The notes beneath the pieces were generated by a model. That model was not told where the DNA came from. It saw nothing but the letters and a program-made list of their open reading frames with translations, and did not search any database. Shown here one piece after another: positions 1-26,102 of a stretch of 64,000 bases of DNA. Positions within the stretch are counted from its first letter, which is position 1; each line of letters starts with the position of its first letter. The stretch comes from Paraspadella gotoi (taxonomy: Eukaryota; Animalia; Chaetognatha). The DNA lies in assembly GCA_051294375.1 (NCBI GenBank), contig CM119270.1:20985775-21049774 (forward strand). The letters are read 5' to 3'. The position numbers and the translations under genes are program-made.

Positions 1-13300
<13,300 letters not shown>

Positions 13301-13635
13301 TAATTTCTTTCTTTTTTTTTCTTTTTCCGTTTTTTTTTTAATCTTTCTTGTTTTCCTTTTGTTTTATTTGTTGTTATCATTCTCTGTTTTCTTTTATACT
13401 ATATTAGGATACTAGGATACTACATTGAATATGCAGTATCTCATATATCCCCCTCGCCAGCTATCGGATGAGTCCTGGAAAGTCGCTCTGACCCCAACTG
13501 GCTCGACCGCCGCCTTCACTGTTCACGTTGTAAAGGAACCGGGTTGCGATCTTGGAATTAATCAATTTTCTTCCCTCATTTATTCTGACATTTACCACCA
13601 TTTTCGCTCAACTCATTTTTCTGGAAATATATATA

Positions 13636-14204
13636 GAAACAATAACAAGGCTGAATCTGAGAGACTGGCGAAAAGCGTGAGAATCACGTGAGGATAAGGT
13701 GGTGACATGTCGGTTCAATTAAGTCGGCTTCATTGCTGCGACCGATGGATGACTTGTCGGCTTCCTGCGAAAGACTGACAAGTGAGTTGTCGGCTTCTTT
13801 GGGTGAAAGTATTAGGTGACTTGTCGGCTTCTTGTTTAGATTTTGAGGCGATCTGTCGGCCTTCTCTTTCTTCTCCCAGATTCTTCAGCCAGAATCTTCT
13901 TTTCCCTCTCCCTCTCCCTCTCTCTCTCCTCTCTCTCTCTCCACTTCCCACCACCTCCCTCATGAACTTCTCCTCGTCCAAAACTCTGACCCTCGTCTCC
14001 GCGACCCGGCGAAGAATCTCGTAAGCCTCTCGGGCACGCCCCTTCTTGATGAGCCACGGGGGCGAATCCGGGCAGAAGAAAAAGGACGACGACAACGAAG
14101 ATGTTAGAGCAGAACATGAGGAGGCAGAAGTGTTCGCCATTCGGGGATGGCGTAGCTGAAAAGGTTGATTTGATTGATTGATTGATTGATATATTGATTG
14201 ATTA

Positions 14205-14250
<46 letters not shown>

Positions 14251-14942
14251 ATAGAGGTCGTTAAAAGATATTTTGATTGAATAATTACTAACTAATTTAT
14301 TGATTTTAAGAAAATTAAATTATGTGCTTGACAAATTGAAGAATGATTAAAAGATTGATTAAACCTATTTCTTATGTTTAAAAAATATAATAATAATAAT
14401 AATATTAAGTTTATCCATTAAATTCAATGGATTAGCCATCTTTCATTTTGACTTTGGACAGGCTGTGTATCCTTGTATTCCCTTACAAGATGTTAACAAA
14501 GCCAGAACCCGCAAGCTTTCAATCAAGACTCTGATTTATTAACTCCAAAAGTACTTAACTTTCTTTCGTTGAATAGGTATAATATTTTTATGAAATATTT
14601 AAACTTATGTCAATCTTAATGGCCAGAAAAAAAATCTTACGAGATCCAAGGGAGAGCGGTTGCAGTGACTGACCAAGCGGATTGAGAACCATTGGAATCA
14701 CGGGTGAATGGAAGAGAACAGTTCACATCTGTAGGGACGACGACGATGAGGCCGACGTAGGCCATGCCGAGACCAAATCTGGGGAGAAGAGTCGGAGATG
14801 GTTAGGTGACTCTGTCTCTTGTCTATCTCTCTCTCTCTCTTCTCTTCTCTCTCTCTCCCTCTCTGGCCGACGTAGGCCATCCGAGACCAAATCTGGGAGA
14901 AGAGTTTGGAGATGGTTAGGTGAACTATGTCTCTGTCTCTCT

Positions 14943-14987
<45 letters not shown>

Positions 14988-15058
14988 CCTCTCTGGCCGA
15001 CGTAGGTCATCCCCGAGACCAAATCTGGGGAGAAGAGTTGGAGATGGTTAGGTGACTA

Positions 15059-15118
<60 letters not shown>

Positions 15119-15228
15119 TGTGCTCTTTCTCTCTCTCTGGCCGACGTAGGCCATCCCGACAACCAAATCTGGGGAGAAGAATTGGAGATGGTTAGGTGAC
15201 TATTGTCTTCTGTCTCTGTCTCTTCTCA

Positions 15229-15266
<38 letters not shown>

Positions 15267-15343
15267 CTCTCTCTCCCTCTCTGGCCGACGTAGGCCATCC
15301 GAGACCAAATCTGGGGAGAAGAGTTGAGATGGTTAGGTGACTA

Positions 15344-15402
<59 letters not shown>

Positions 15403-15598
15403 ATCTCTTCCCTTTGTCTCTTTCTCTCTCTCTCTCTCTGCCGACGTAGGCCATCCCGACACCAAAATCTGGGGAGAAGAGTTGGAAGATGGTTAGGTTA
15501 CTTTCTTTCTCTCTCTCTCTCTCTCTCTCTCGCCGACATAGGCATCCCACACCAAATTGGGAGAAAGAGTTGGAGATGGTTAGGTGACTATGTCTCTT

Positions 15599-15631
<33 letters not shown>

Positions 15632-15916
15632 GGCCGACGTAGGCCATGCCGAGACCAAATCTGGGGAGAAAAGTTGGAGATGGTTAAGTGACTATGTCTC
15701 TGTCTTCTCTCTCTTTCTCTCTCTCTCTCTGGCCGACGTAGGCCATCCCATACCAAATCTGGGGAGAAAAGTTGGAGATGGTTAGGTTACTTTCTCTCTC
15801 TCTCTATCTCTCTTCTCTCTCTTTCTCTTTTCTCTCTCTCTCTCTTGCCGACGTAGGCCATCGCCGAGACCAAATCTGGGGAGAAAAGTTGGAGATGGTT
15901 TAGGTGACTATGTCTT

Positions 15917-15965
<49 letters not shown>

Positions 15966-16022
15966 CCGACGTAGGCCATCCCGACACCAAATCTGGGAGA
16001 AGAGTTGAGATGGTTCGGTGAC

Positions 16023-16087
<65 letters not shown>

Positions 16088-17049
16088 CCTCCCCCCTCTC
16101 ACTAACCGCCAATAGTAGTAAAACCGAATCGATCCAGGCCACCTGCAATCCGATCGCCGCTGCGCCGCAGCCGCCGCCATGGCGACGCGGCGCCGCCCAA
16201 GACGTCGCTGAGAACTCCCAGAAGAGACAAGAGAGTCAAGTTGCCGGGCGAAGAAGACGGTCTCCGTCAGATTGACGAGCGGTTCCTGGTCGCAGATCAA
16301 TTCCCACTCGGCCACCATTGGAATGCGGACTTTGGGAACCTTTCAAGCATTTGGGGTTTTGGAATGGGGCGTCTCCGCGTAAGAGATGTGTTTCCTGAAT
16401 TGATCGTAAATGAGCTTGAATTTCTCAATCTCATTACAAATGTAGTTCTTGATCGAAACTGAGTCAATTTCGTATCATTCATCACTAAAAATACCTGATA
16501 ATTCTTCGGCAGCAGTTAGTTTATCATAGAAAACACATTAGAAATAACATATACATTAATATATACAGGAAGTCATTGTGGGAATGTTTCTTGTAACTTG
16601 TTATTATTTATTTTTTCTCAATTTTATAATTACTATAATTATACAATAATTAAACGGTATTTAAACCGGTTTTCCCAAAATGAAGTTATCTCCGCCAGCA
16701 GCAGCCAAGACCCTTTTCCATTTCTCTCACCTCAAACGTCCAATTTCCCGCGACGCATCCTCGGCCGGCAAATCTCCTGCGCGTCAAAGTCTCCAGAAGC
16801 GTAAGTGATATTAAGCCACCGCCGGCCGCCGCCGGCGCCGCCGGCGCCGCTCAAAAGGCGTCGCCATAGACTTCAACAGTTGTCGCCACCCAAAATGGCG
16901 GAGTGTGAACGGCCATCGAATCCCCAGGTAGAGGAGGAACAGGCAGTCATATTCCTTCCGCCATCAGAGCAAAGAAAATGCCCCATGGGGAACCAACCGC
17001 AAAGGCCAAGACGGCATTAGGAGAATCGTCAAGTTCGACGCGCCCCATG
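13636..17049 (-). pseudogene. Truncated, frameshifted copy of the SLC22 gene (exons 1 to most of 4); may be an assembly artefact
   Basis: Contains VAEWELICDQEPLVNLTETVFF and FCPDSPPWLIKKGRAREAYEILRRVAE with many indels; the 3' exons (19382-21082 equivalent) are absent. Confidence 0.7.
14749..16030 (-). repeat. Splice-acceptor tandem array (11 units) in the duplicated SLC22 copy
   Basis: Same ~65-bp unit (plus strand ggccgacgtaggccat.ccgagaccaaatctggggagaagagttggagatggttaggtgact) separated by (CT)n as at 22583-23870. Confidence 0.9.
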
Positions 17050-18290
17050 CGTTGAGGGAGGAAAGGAGAGGAAGTGTAAAGGAAAGGGAGTGAAAGGAAA
17101 AAATGTGAGAAGAATTATAAAAGGAAAGGAAAAAGAGAAAAAGGAAGAAATTAGGATAAGGAGAAAAATATGAAGGATGGGACAAAGAAAGAAATAAGAA
17201 AATTCAGGAAAGAAGGAAAATAGGAAAAAAAAAGCCAAAATAGTAAAGATTTTAAGAAATATTGAAGTAATAAAGAAAACAGTAAGGAGGAAATTAAATA
17301 ATAGAAATTAAAACAAATTAAACAATAAGATTGTAGAGAAAACCGTTTAGATGCGAAAAAAAGTTAATGAGGAAAAAACTGAACCAGAAGCTCGAAAAAG
17401 AATGAAAATCGCTTTGAGCCGAAAATCGTTTAAGAATTCACAGAATTAATTTTTTTTTCTATTTTGCATAGAAAACTAAAAGTTTTGGACTTAAAATCTG
17501 CAAATCTAAGTTCGCCTTTACTCTGTTTGGACTTTCATTCAGTAAGTAAACTCGGGTAATATTCTTTGATATTTCTCAACCAATAGACAAATCGAGACAA
17601 ATGTAATTATCAAGTATCAGCAGCTTTTTAAATTTGTGAATGTTTGCGAGTCAAAAGTATGTATTTTGCTGTGATTTTGATTTCTTGATCTCTGGGTATT
17701 GTGAATCTGACTTTACTTTTACCACCCATGATTTATTACACGAGGTACTTTTTACTGTCTTTACAGATTTCTTTTACTTTTTAAAAATAATTAGGTAAAG
17801 GGGCACAGTATTTGAAATAAAAAGAATTAAAATGATTTTTTTCATTCAAAATTCCTTGGCTTTTTTAGTTATTAGGAGTCGTTTAATTTTTTGATTATGT
17901 TCTATTTATTTGGCGTATTAATTACAAAGTACCGTTATGTCCTTGAATGACTCGGCGATAATTGATAGCATTTTTCCCGTCCTCTACCAAAAACTCAGCA
18001 AACACATTTTATAAAAACAAAACACCTTTTTGACTTCTCAAAAAGTAATTTATAACATAAATAAAGGAATAATTTTAGCAGGTTTCGCATTTTAACAAAG
18101 AAATAAAGTTAATAAGCAAAAAGGTATCATAAAAAAGATAGATTTTTAGCGTAGTGTTGTCTAAAGCTATTACGGTAAGTTTATAGCAGCTGATCCCTTT
18201 CTTCAATTAAATCTAGGGATCCGTGGTTTTCTCTTCTTCAATTACATCCTTATATTTATAATTTAACCATTTCTTCAATTACATCGTGTA

Positions 18291-18430
18291 TCAAGTGGTC
18301 GGCACTCTATTTTCTTTGGCCCATTTCTTCAAAACCCGGAATGAGATACTCGACTGAGGATTATTTGTGTTGGCGAAGAATTTGAATAGACGTCAACGCA
18401 GAGTTTCTTTGGTTCGTGACCCGCGATTAT
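18291..18430 (-). pseudogene. Duplicate of the TTC26 terminal exon, with indels
   Basis: Matches 26103-26240 ([11 protein letters not shown]...[12 protein letters not shown]) with several 1-bp indels; cag acceptor retained. Confidence 0.8.
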
Positions 18431-19381
18431 CTGAGATTATAAATGTAATGTAAATGTAATGTAAAATAATGTAAATGTTGATATTTTAAAATTTGAATAT
18501 TCCGGTGAGCTATGGTCTGATCATTTTAAAATCGTGAATTATGAAAAAAAAACAGAGCATGAAAGTAGATATTTTTGGCTTTTTTTTTCTATTTTTAACG
18601 CTGAATACATGAAATTTTTAATAACATTTTTTAGATTTTTTATTTACTTTTTATGAAGATCGAATTTTCAATAGCAATTTTTTTTAAATTTAAGATTTTA
18701 AATGATATTACTATCTTTTTTGAACTCTTAATTATCTATCTCACACTAATATCTTTGTTTGTTCACTCAAATAAAATATACGTTCCCAGTGCAACACTCT
18801 ACTGTCATGTTGTAAGGGAACCAGGTTTGCGATCCCGGAACCTAATGAACACGAACTATGGCTTTACTCAAAGAGCCAAAAGTTACACCTGAAGAAATTA
18901 GTATATATTGTTTGATTGCCACTGAGCATTTGACAGTTATTAAAAGTATAAGTAAGTCGGAAATTCACATAAGCAATAATCGATTTTTTTTTCATTTTTA
19001 ATTTTCAATTTTAACTTTCGTAATAGTGAAATAAGAGTTTTATAAATTTTTATTGATAAATCTTTATTACTTTTTGAAATCCTACTGTTTTTAGAATAGC
19101 TATATTAACTATATTATCACCAAACTCGTGTTCGTCCCCAAAAAGTATTAGTATCAAGAATTTTCATTCCTCCTTCATTCTTCTATTGTCTTTTGTCGAC
19201 TCAATGGTCACTAACGTTTGACAGTTTCTCCACTTTCTTCATCTCCATCCCTCTTTACCACCTACCACCATCTACCCTAACCACCTTCCCCCTCCTCTTT
19301 CCTACCACCTTCATCCCTACCCACCTTCCCCCTCTTCCTCCTTAACACCCTTCCCCTTTCACACCTTCCCCCTCCCCCTTT

Positions 19382-22035
19382 CTACCACCTTCCACCTGTC
19401 CCACCTTCCTCCTCCTCCCTACCACCCTTCCCACTCTCCTCCTTTCTACCACCCTCCACCCTTCCCACCTTCCTCCTCATCCCCAACACCCTCCACCCTT
19501 CCTTCTTCGTCTTCCTCCTCATCCTCTTCATGTCGTCCAGACTCTGAGGCAACGGCGTCCCCATCGTTTCCGCCAGGGGCGCCGCCATCGCCGCTACGAG
19601 GACGCCGAGGATCCCGAGCGCCGCTTCCACCGCCAGCGGCGTCCTCTTCTCAAAGTAGGAGAGGTAACTGGCGGCGATGGATGCGACGCGGCCGAAGAGC
19701 ATAGAGATGAGGAAAGTTCGAGCGCGGATGAGGGTAGGGAATGCCTCCTGAACAAGAAGAGTAGTATGGTGGGTAAGGTCAAGAAGCATCGCATTAAATT
19801 TTGGGCCCTGGTCTTTTATATTGCCCCATTCCTGTTCCTGATCCCTGAATATAGTTTTAACCTTAATATTTAACTGCTGTTAAATAAATATTCAACCAAG
19901 TCCTTAAACCGAATCTCTTACCCGAATACTTACCTTATTCCTTAACCCCAAACTCTATACCTTACCTTAACCCTAAACTCTATACCTTACCTTATCCGTT
20001 AACCCTAAACTCTATGCCCTACCTTATCCATTAACCCCAAACTCTATACCTTACCTTATCCATTAACCCTAAACTCTATACCTTACCTTAACCCTTAACC
20101 CCAAACTCTATACCTTACCTTATCCCTTAACCCCAAACTCTATACCTTACCTTATCCATTAACCTAAAACTCTACACCTTACCTTATCCATTAACCTAAA
20201 ACTCTATACCTTACCTTATCCCTTAACCCCCGAACTCTATACCTTACCTTATCCATTAACCCTAAACTCTATACCTTACCTTATCCATTAACCTAAAACT
20301 CTATACCTTACCTTATCCATTAACCTCAAACTCTATACCTTACCTTATCCCTTAACCCTAAACTCTATACCTTACCTAATCCCTAACTCTTGAATTAATT
20401 TTCAATTCTAAAAACTCACAGAAGTCTTAATTTAAGCTGAAATGGTGTGCTCTTGGGTAACATGGTCTAATTGATAACATTTTAAAAAGATTGTGCAAAT
20501 ATCTTCACTTGCATCTGTTTTTTCAACTCATATTATTTTCATTATGAAAAATTTATCACGCATTTGACTTTGGACAGACTATAATGGATTAAGGCCTCTA
20601 TCCCTCTTACAAGATAATAATATATCAGAACCCTGCAAGCTGTCAATCAAGACTTACGCAGTCAATTTAAATACTATTTATCTGTCTGTCTGTCTGTCTG
20701 TCCTCCCTGTCTTCCATTTGTTCTTTTATTTCTTCTCATCAATTCTAGTCTAGTGACTTCTTTGCAATTTTTTATTTTTTATCCTTGAAAACCTTTTTTT
20801 CCTATCCGTCTGTCCATCTGTCTTATCCCTTCCCCTTTTACCTGTTGCCACATAGAAAATGATTCCCAAGTCAGAGACTCCGCAGTCCTCACGAACAGGC
20901 CAATTGCTTTCTTCATCCCAGGCACCTGAACATCCACGTCGTCCACAGCCAGGCGCGTTGCCGCCATTGTCAGGTAGGCTAAGCCCATAGCAGCAAATCC
21001 AACTGACAAGGCTGGTCGACGATTGATGAAGAAACAGACTAACAAGCCGACAAACCGCGCGGGGATACCAACTCGGTCGCCACTTTAAAAAAAAAGAATA
21101 TCTTTTATGAAAAACTGTTATAAGTTAGTTTATTATTTAAGTATGAAGAGAAAATAAGTTTTAATTAGTTTTTTAATCTGTTTATAACAGAATAAAACAA
21201 ACTTTACCATGGTTGTAAAAAAAAAATAGCGATAGACTGAAAGAAAGAAATAATAATATTTCAATTCATTTATATTTATAAAAAAGATTATAACTTGCTT
21301 TTAATTTTTTAAGAATGTTTCAAACTTTTAATTTTACTTAATTGAAAATGAGTTTTAATTTTAAATTTTAAAATAAGTTTCACACTCCCCTTAAGTTGGT
21401 GTAAGAGAAACTGAGCCCGATGTAGACGACGTTAAGGTAAGACCAATAGAGGCTGGCAGCGATGAGAGGAACAATAACAAGGCTAGATCTGAGAGACTGG
21501 CGAAAAGCGTGAGAATCACGTGAGGATAAGGTGGTGACTGTCGGTTCAATTAAGTCGGCTTCATTGCTGCGACCGATGGATGACTTGTCGGCTTCCCTGC
21601 GAAGACTGACAAGTGAGTTGTCGGCTTCTTTGGTGAAAGTATTAGGTGACTTGTCGGCTTCTTTGTTTAGATTTTGAGGCGATCTGTCGGCCTTCTCTTT
21701 TCTCTCCAGATTCTTCAGCCAGAATTCTTCTTTTCCCTCTCCCTCTCCCTCTCTCTCTCCCTCTCCCTCCTCTCCACTTCCCACCACCTCCCTCATGAAC
21801 TTCTCCTCGTCCAAACTCTGACCTCGGCTCTCCGCGACCCGGCGAAGAATCTCGTAAGCCTCTCGGGCACGCCCCTTCTTGATGAGCCACGGGGGCGAAT
21901 CCGGGCAGAAGAAAAGGACGACGACAACGAAGATGTTAGAGCAGAACATGAGGAGGCAGAGTGTTCGCCATTCGGGGATGGCGTAGCTGAAAAGGTTGAT
22001 TTGATTGATTGATTGATTGATATATTGATTGATTA

Positions 22036-22083
<48 letters not shown>

Positions 22084-22647
22084 GAGGTCGTTTAAAAGAT
22101 ATTTTGATTGAATAATTACTAACTAATTTATTGATTTTTAAGAAAATTAAATTATGTGCTTGACAAATTGAAGAATGATTAAAGATTGATTAAACCTATT
22201 TCTTATGTTTAAAAATATAATAATAATAATAATATTAAGTTTATCCATTAATTCAATGGATTAGCCATCTTTCATTTTGACTTTGGACAGGCTGTGTATC
22301 CTTGTATTCCCTTACAAGATGTTAACAAAGCCAGAACCCGCAAGCTTTCAATCAAGACTCTGATTTATTAACTCCAAAAGTACTTAACTTTCTTTTCGTT
22401 GAATAGGTATAATATTTTTATGAAATATTTAAACTTATGTCAATCTTAATGGCCAGAAAAAAAATCTTACGAGATCCAAGGGAGAGCGGTTGCAGTGACT
22501 GACCAAGCGGGATTGAGAACCATTGGAATCACGCGGTGAATGGAAGAGAACAGTTCACATCTGTAGGGAACGACGACGATGAGGCCGACGTAGGCCATGC
22601 CGAGACCAAATCTGGGGAGAAGAGTCGGAGATGGTTAGGTGACTCTG

Positions 22648-22691
<44 letters not shown>

Positions 22692-22768
22692 TCTCTGGCC
22701 GACGTAGGCCATCCCGAGACCAAATCTGGGGAGAAGAGTTGGAGATGGTTAGGTGACTTGTCTCTGTC

Positions 22769-22816
<48 letters not shown>

Positions 22817-23044
22817 CTCTCTTCTCCCTCTCTGGCCGACGTAGGTCATCCCGAGACCAAATCTGGGAGAAGAGTTGGAGATGGTTAGGTGACTATGTCT
22901 CTGTCTCTGTCTCTCTCTCTCTCTTCTCGTCTCTCTCTCTTCTCTCTCTCTCTCTCTCTTTGTCTCTTTTCTCTCTCTCTGGCCGACGTAGGCCATCCCG
23001 ACACCAAAATCTGGGGAGAAGAATTGGAGATGGTTAGGTGACTA

Positions 23045-23104
<60 letters not shown>

Positions 23105-23209
23105 CTCTCTCTCCCTCTCTGGCCGACGTAGGCCATCCCGAGACCAAATCTGGGGAGAAGAGTTGGAGATGGTTAGGTGACTATGTTCTGTCTCTGTCTT
23201 CTCTCTCTC

Positions 23210-23248
<39 letters not shown>

Positions 23249-23432
23249 TCTCTTTCTCTCTCTCTCTCTCTGGCCGACGTAGGCCATCCCGACACCAAAA
23301 TCTGGGAGAAGAGTTGGAGATGGTTAGGTTACTTTCTTTCTCTCTCTCTCTCTCTCTCTCTGGCCGACATAGGCCATCCCGACACCAAATCTGGGAGAGA
23401 AGAGTTGAGATGGTTAGGTGACTATGTCTCTT

Positions 23433-23463
<31 letters not shown>

Positions 23464-23885
23464 GGCCGACGTAGGCCATGCCGAGACCAAATCTGGGGAG
23501 AAAAGTTGGAGATGGTTAAGTGACTATGTCTCTGTCTCTCTCTCTTTCCTCTCTCTCTCTCTGGCCGACGTAGGCCATTCCGATACCAAATCTGGGGAGG
23601 AAAAGTTGGAGATGGTTAGGTTACTTTCTCTCTCTCTCTCTATCTCTCTCTCTCTCTCTTTCTCTTTCTCTCTCTCTCTCTTGCCGACGTAAGGCCATCC
23701 CGAGACCAAATCTGGGGAGAAAAGTTGGAGATGGTTAGGTGACTATGTCTTTCTTTCTCTCTCTCTCTCTCTCTCTCATTCTCTCTCTCTCTCTCTCTCT
23801 GGGCGACGTAGGCCATCCCGACACCAAATCTGGGGAGAAGAGTGTTGAGTAGGTTGTGGACTATGTCTCTCTCTCTCTCTCTCTC

Positions 23886-23932
<47 letters not shown>

Positions 23933-24888
23933 CTCCCCCTCTCACCTAACCGCCAGGATAAGTAGTAAGAACGATCGGATCCAGGCCACCTGCAATCCGA
24001 TCGCCGCTGCCGCCGCAGCCGCCGCCATGGCGACGCGGCGCCGCCCAAAGACGTCGCTGAGAACTCCACAGAAGAGACAAGCAGTCAAGTTGCCGGCGAA
24101 GAAGACGGTCTCCGTCAGATTGACGAGCGGTTCCTGGTCGCAGATCAATTCCCACTCGGCCACCATGGAATGGGACTTGGGAACCTTTCAAGCATTTGGG
24201 GTTTTGGAAATGGGGCGTCTCCGAGTAAGAGATGTTTCCTGAATTGATCGTAAATGAGCTTGAATTTCTCAATCTCATTTACAAAATGTAGTCTTTGATC
24301 GAAACTGGTCCAATTTCGTATCATCATCACTAAAAATACCTGATAATTCTTCGGCAGCAGTTAGTTTATCATAAAACACATAGAAATAAATATACATTAA
24401 TATATACAGGAAGTCATTGTGGAATGTTTCTTGTAACTTGTTATTTTATATTTTTTTCTCAATTTTTAAATTAATTCATGTATAAATATTATAAATAATT
24501 AAACGGTATTTAAACCGGTTTTTCCCAAAATGAGTTATCTCCGCCAGCAGCAGCCAAGACCCTTTTCCATTTCTCTCACCTCAAACGTCCAATTTCCCGC
24601 GACGCATCCTCGGGCGCAAATCTCCTGCGGCGTCAAAGTCTCCAGAAGGTAAGTGATATTAAGGCCACCGCCGCCGCCGCCGGCGCCGCCGGCGCCGCTC
24701 AAAAAGGCGTCGCCATAGACTTCAACGTTGTCGCACCAAAATGGCGGAGTGTGAACGGCCATCGAATTCCCCAGGTAGAGGAAACAGGCAGTCATCCCTT
24801 CCACCATCAGGCAGAAGAAAATGCCCATGGGGAACCAACCGCAAAGGCCAAGACGGATTAGGAGATCGTCAAGTTCGACCGCGCCCAT
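19382..24888 (-). CDS. SLC22-family (organic cation/anion transporter-like) MFS transporter, about 6 exons
   Basis: Exons ~24888-24580, ~24339-23946 (indels near its 5' end), 22611-22471, 21986-~21385, ~21082-20842, 19747-19382. Hallmarks: LDDLLIRLG, VAEWELIC, GVLSDVFGRRRV, RFGLGMAYVG..CELF, PDSPPWLIKKGR..EA..IL, EAFPTLIR, LAETMGTPLPQSLDD. The exon 2 start and exon 4/5 junction are approximate. Confidence 0.88.
19935..20390 (+). repeat. ~32-bp minisatellite with CCCTAA-like motifs in the last SLC22 intron
   Basis: About 14 copies of ttaaccc(c/t)aaactctataccttaccttatcc. Confidence 0.9.
22240..22365 (-). mobile_element. ~150-190 bp dispersed repeat family (other copies ~14410, ~20560, ~38840, ~52670, ~54870)
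   Basis: Shared blocks gagtcttgattga.agcttgc.gggt, aggccttaa..cacca.agcctgtccaaagtca, atggataattttatatt; both orientations; all in introns. Confidence 0.7.
22583..23870 (-). repeat. Tandem array of 11 copies of the SLC22 exon-3 acceptor plus the first ~29 exon nt, with (GA)n spacers
   Basis: Sense unit agtcacCTAACcatctccaactcttctccccAG|ATTTGGTCTCGGGATGGCCTACGTCGGCC; starts at ~22583 (true exon), 22697, 22833, 22981, 23121, 23272, 23362, 23464, 23563, 23682, 23801. Confidence 0.92.
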
Positions 24889-26102
24889 GGTTGAGGGAGG
24901 AAAGGAGAGGAAGTGTAAAGGAAAGGGAGGAAAGGAAAAAATGTGAGAAGATATAAAAGGAAAGGAAAAAGAGAAAAAGGAAGAAATTAGGAAAGGAGGA
25001 AAAATATGAAGGATGGGACAAAGAAAGAAATAAGAAAATTCAGGAAAGAAGGAAAATAGGAAAAAAAAAGCAAATGTAAAGATTTAAGAAATATTGAAGT
25101 AATAAAGAAAACGTAAGGAGGAAATTAAATAATAGAAATTAAAACAAATTAACAATAAGATTGTAGAGATAAACCGTTTAGATGGAAAAAAAGTTAATGA
25201 GAAAAACTGAACCAGAAGCGAAAAGAATGAAAATCGCTTTGAGCCGAAATCGTTTAAGAATTCACAGAATTAATTTTTTTTTCTATTTGCATTAGAAAAC
25301 TAAAAGTTTTGGACTTAAAATCTGCAAATCTAAGTTCGCCTTTACTCTGTTTGACTTTCATTCAGTAAGAAACTCGGGTAAATTTCTTTGATATTTCTCA
25401 CCAAAGGACAAATCAGACAAATGTATTATCAAGTATCACAGCTTTTCTAAATTTGTGAATGTTTGCGAGTCAAAAGTATGTATTTTGCTGTGATTTGATT
25501 TCTTGATCTCTGGGTTTGTGAATTGACTTTACTTTTACCACCCATGATTTATTTACACGAGGTACTTTTACTGTCTTTACAGATTCTTTTATCTTTTAAA
25601 AATATTAGGTAAAGGGCACAGTATTTGAAATAAAAAGAATTAAAATTTGATTTTTCAAATTCCTTGGCTTTTTAGTTATTAGGAGTCGTTTAATTTTTTG
25701 AATTATGTTCTATTTATTTGGCGTATTAATTACAAGTACCTTATGTCCTTGAATGACTTCGGCGATAATTGATAGCATTTTTCCCGTCCTCTACCAAAAC
25801 TCAGCAAACACATTTTATTAAAACAAACACCTTTTTGACCTCTCAAAAAGTAATTTATTAACATAAAATAAAGGAATAATTTATACAGGTTCGCATTTTA
25901 ACAAAGAAATAAAGTTAATAAAGCAAAAAGGTATCATAAAAAAGATAGATTTTAGCGTAGTGTTGTCTAAAGCCTATTACGGTAAGTTTATAGCAGCTGA
26001 TCCCTTTCTTCAATTAAATCTAGGGATCCCGTGGTTTTCTCTTTTCTTCAATTACATCCTTATATTTATAATTTAACCTATTTCTTCAATTACATCCGTG
26101 TA

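Larger units (their letters stand above)
13636..18995. repeat. Direct segmental duplication of ~21467-26815
   Basis: Colinear near-identity, e.g. tctgagagactggcgaaaagcgtgagaatcacg at ~13656 and ~21488, and aagcaataatcgattttttt at ~18971 and ~26787; differences are mostly 1-bp indels. Confidence 0.9.

Noticed and set aside
13455-13490. Hammerhead-like CGGATGAGTCC..GAAA
   Set aside because: Core mismatch and no stem II pairing.
22583-23870. CRISPR array
   Set aside because: Spacers are GA/CT microsatellite, the repeats are copies of a spliceosomal acceptor and exon start, there are no cas genes, and the context is eukaryotic.
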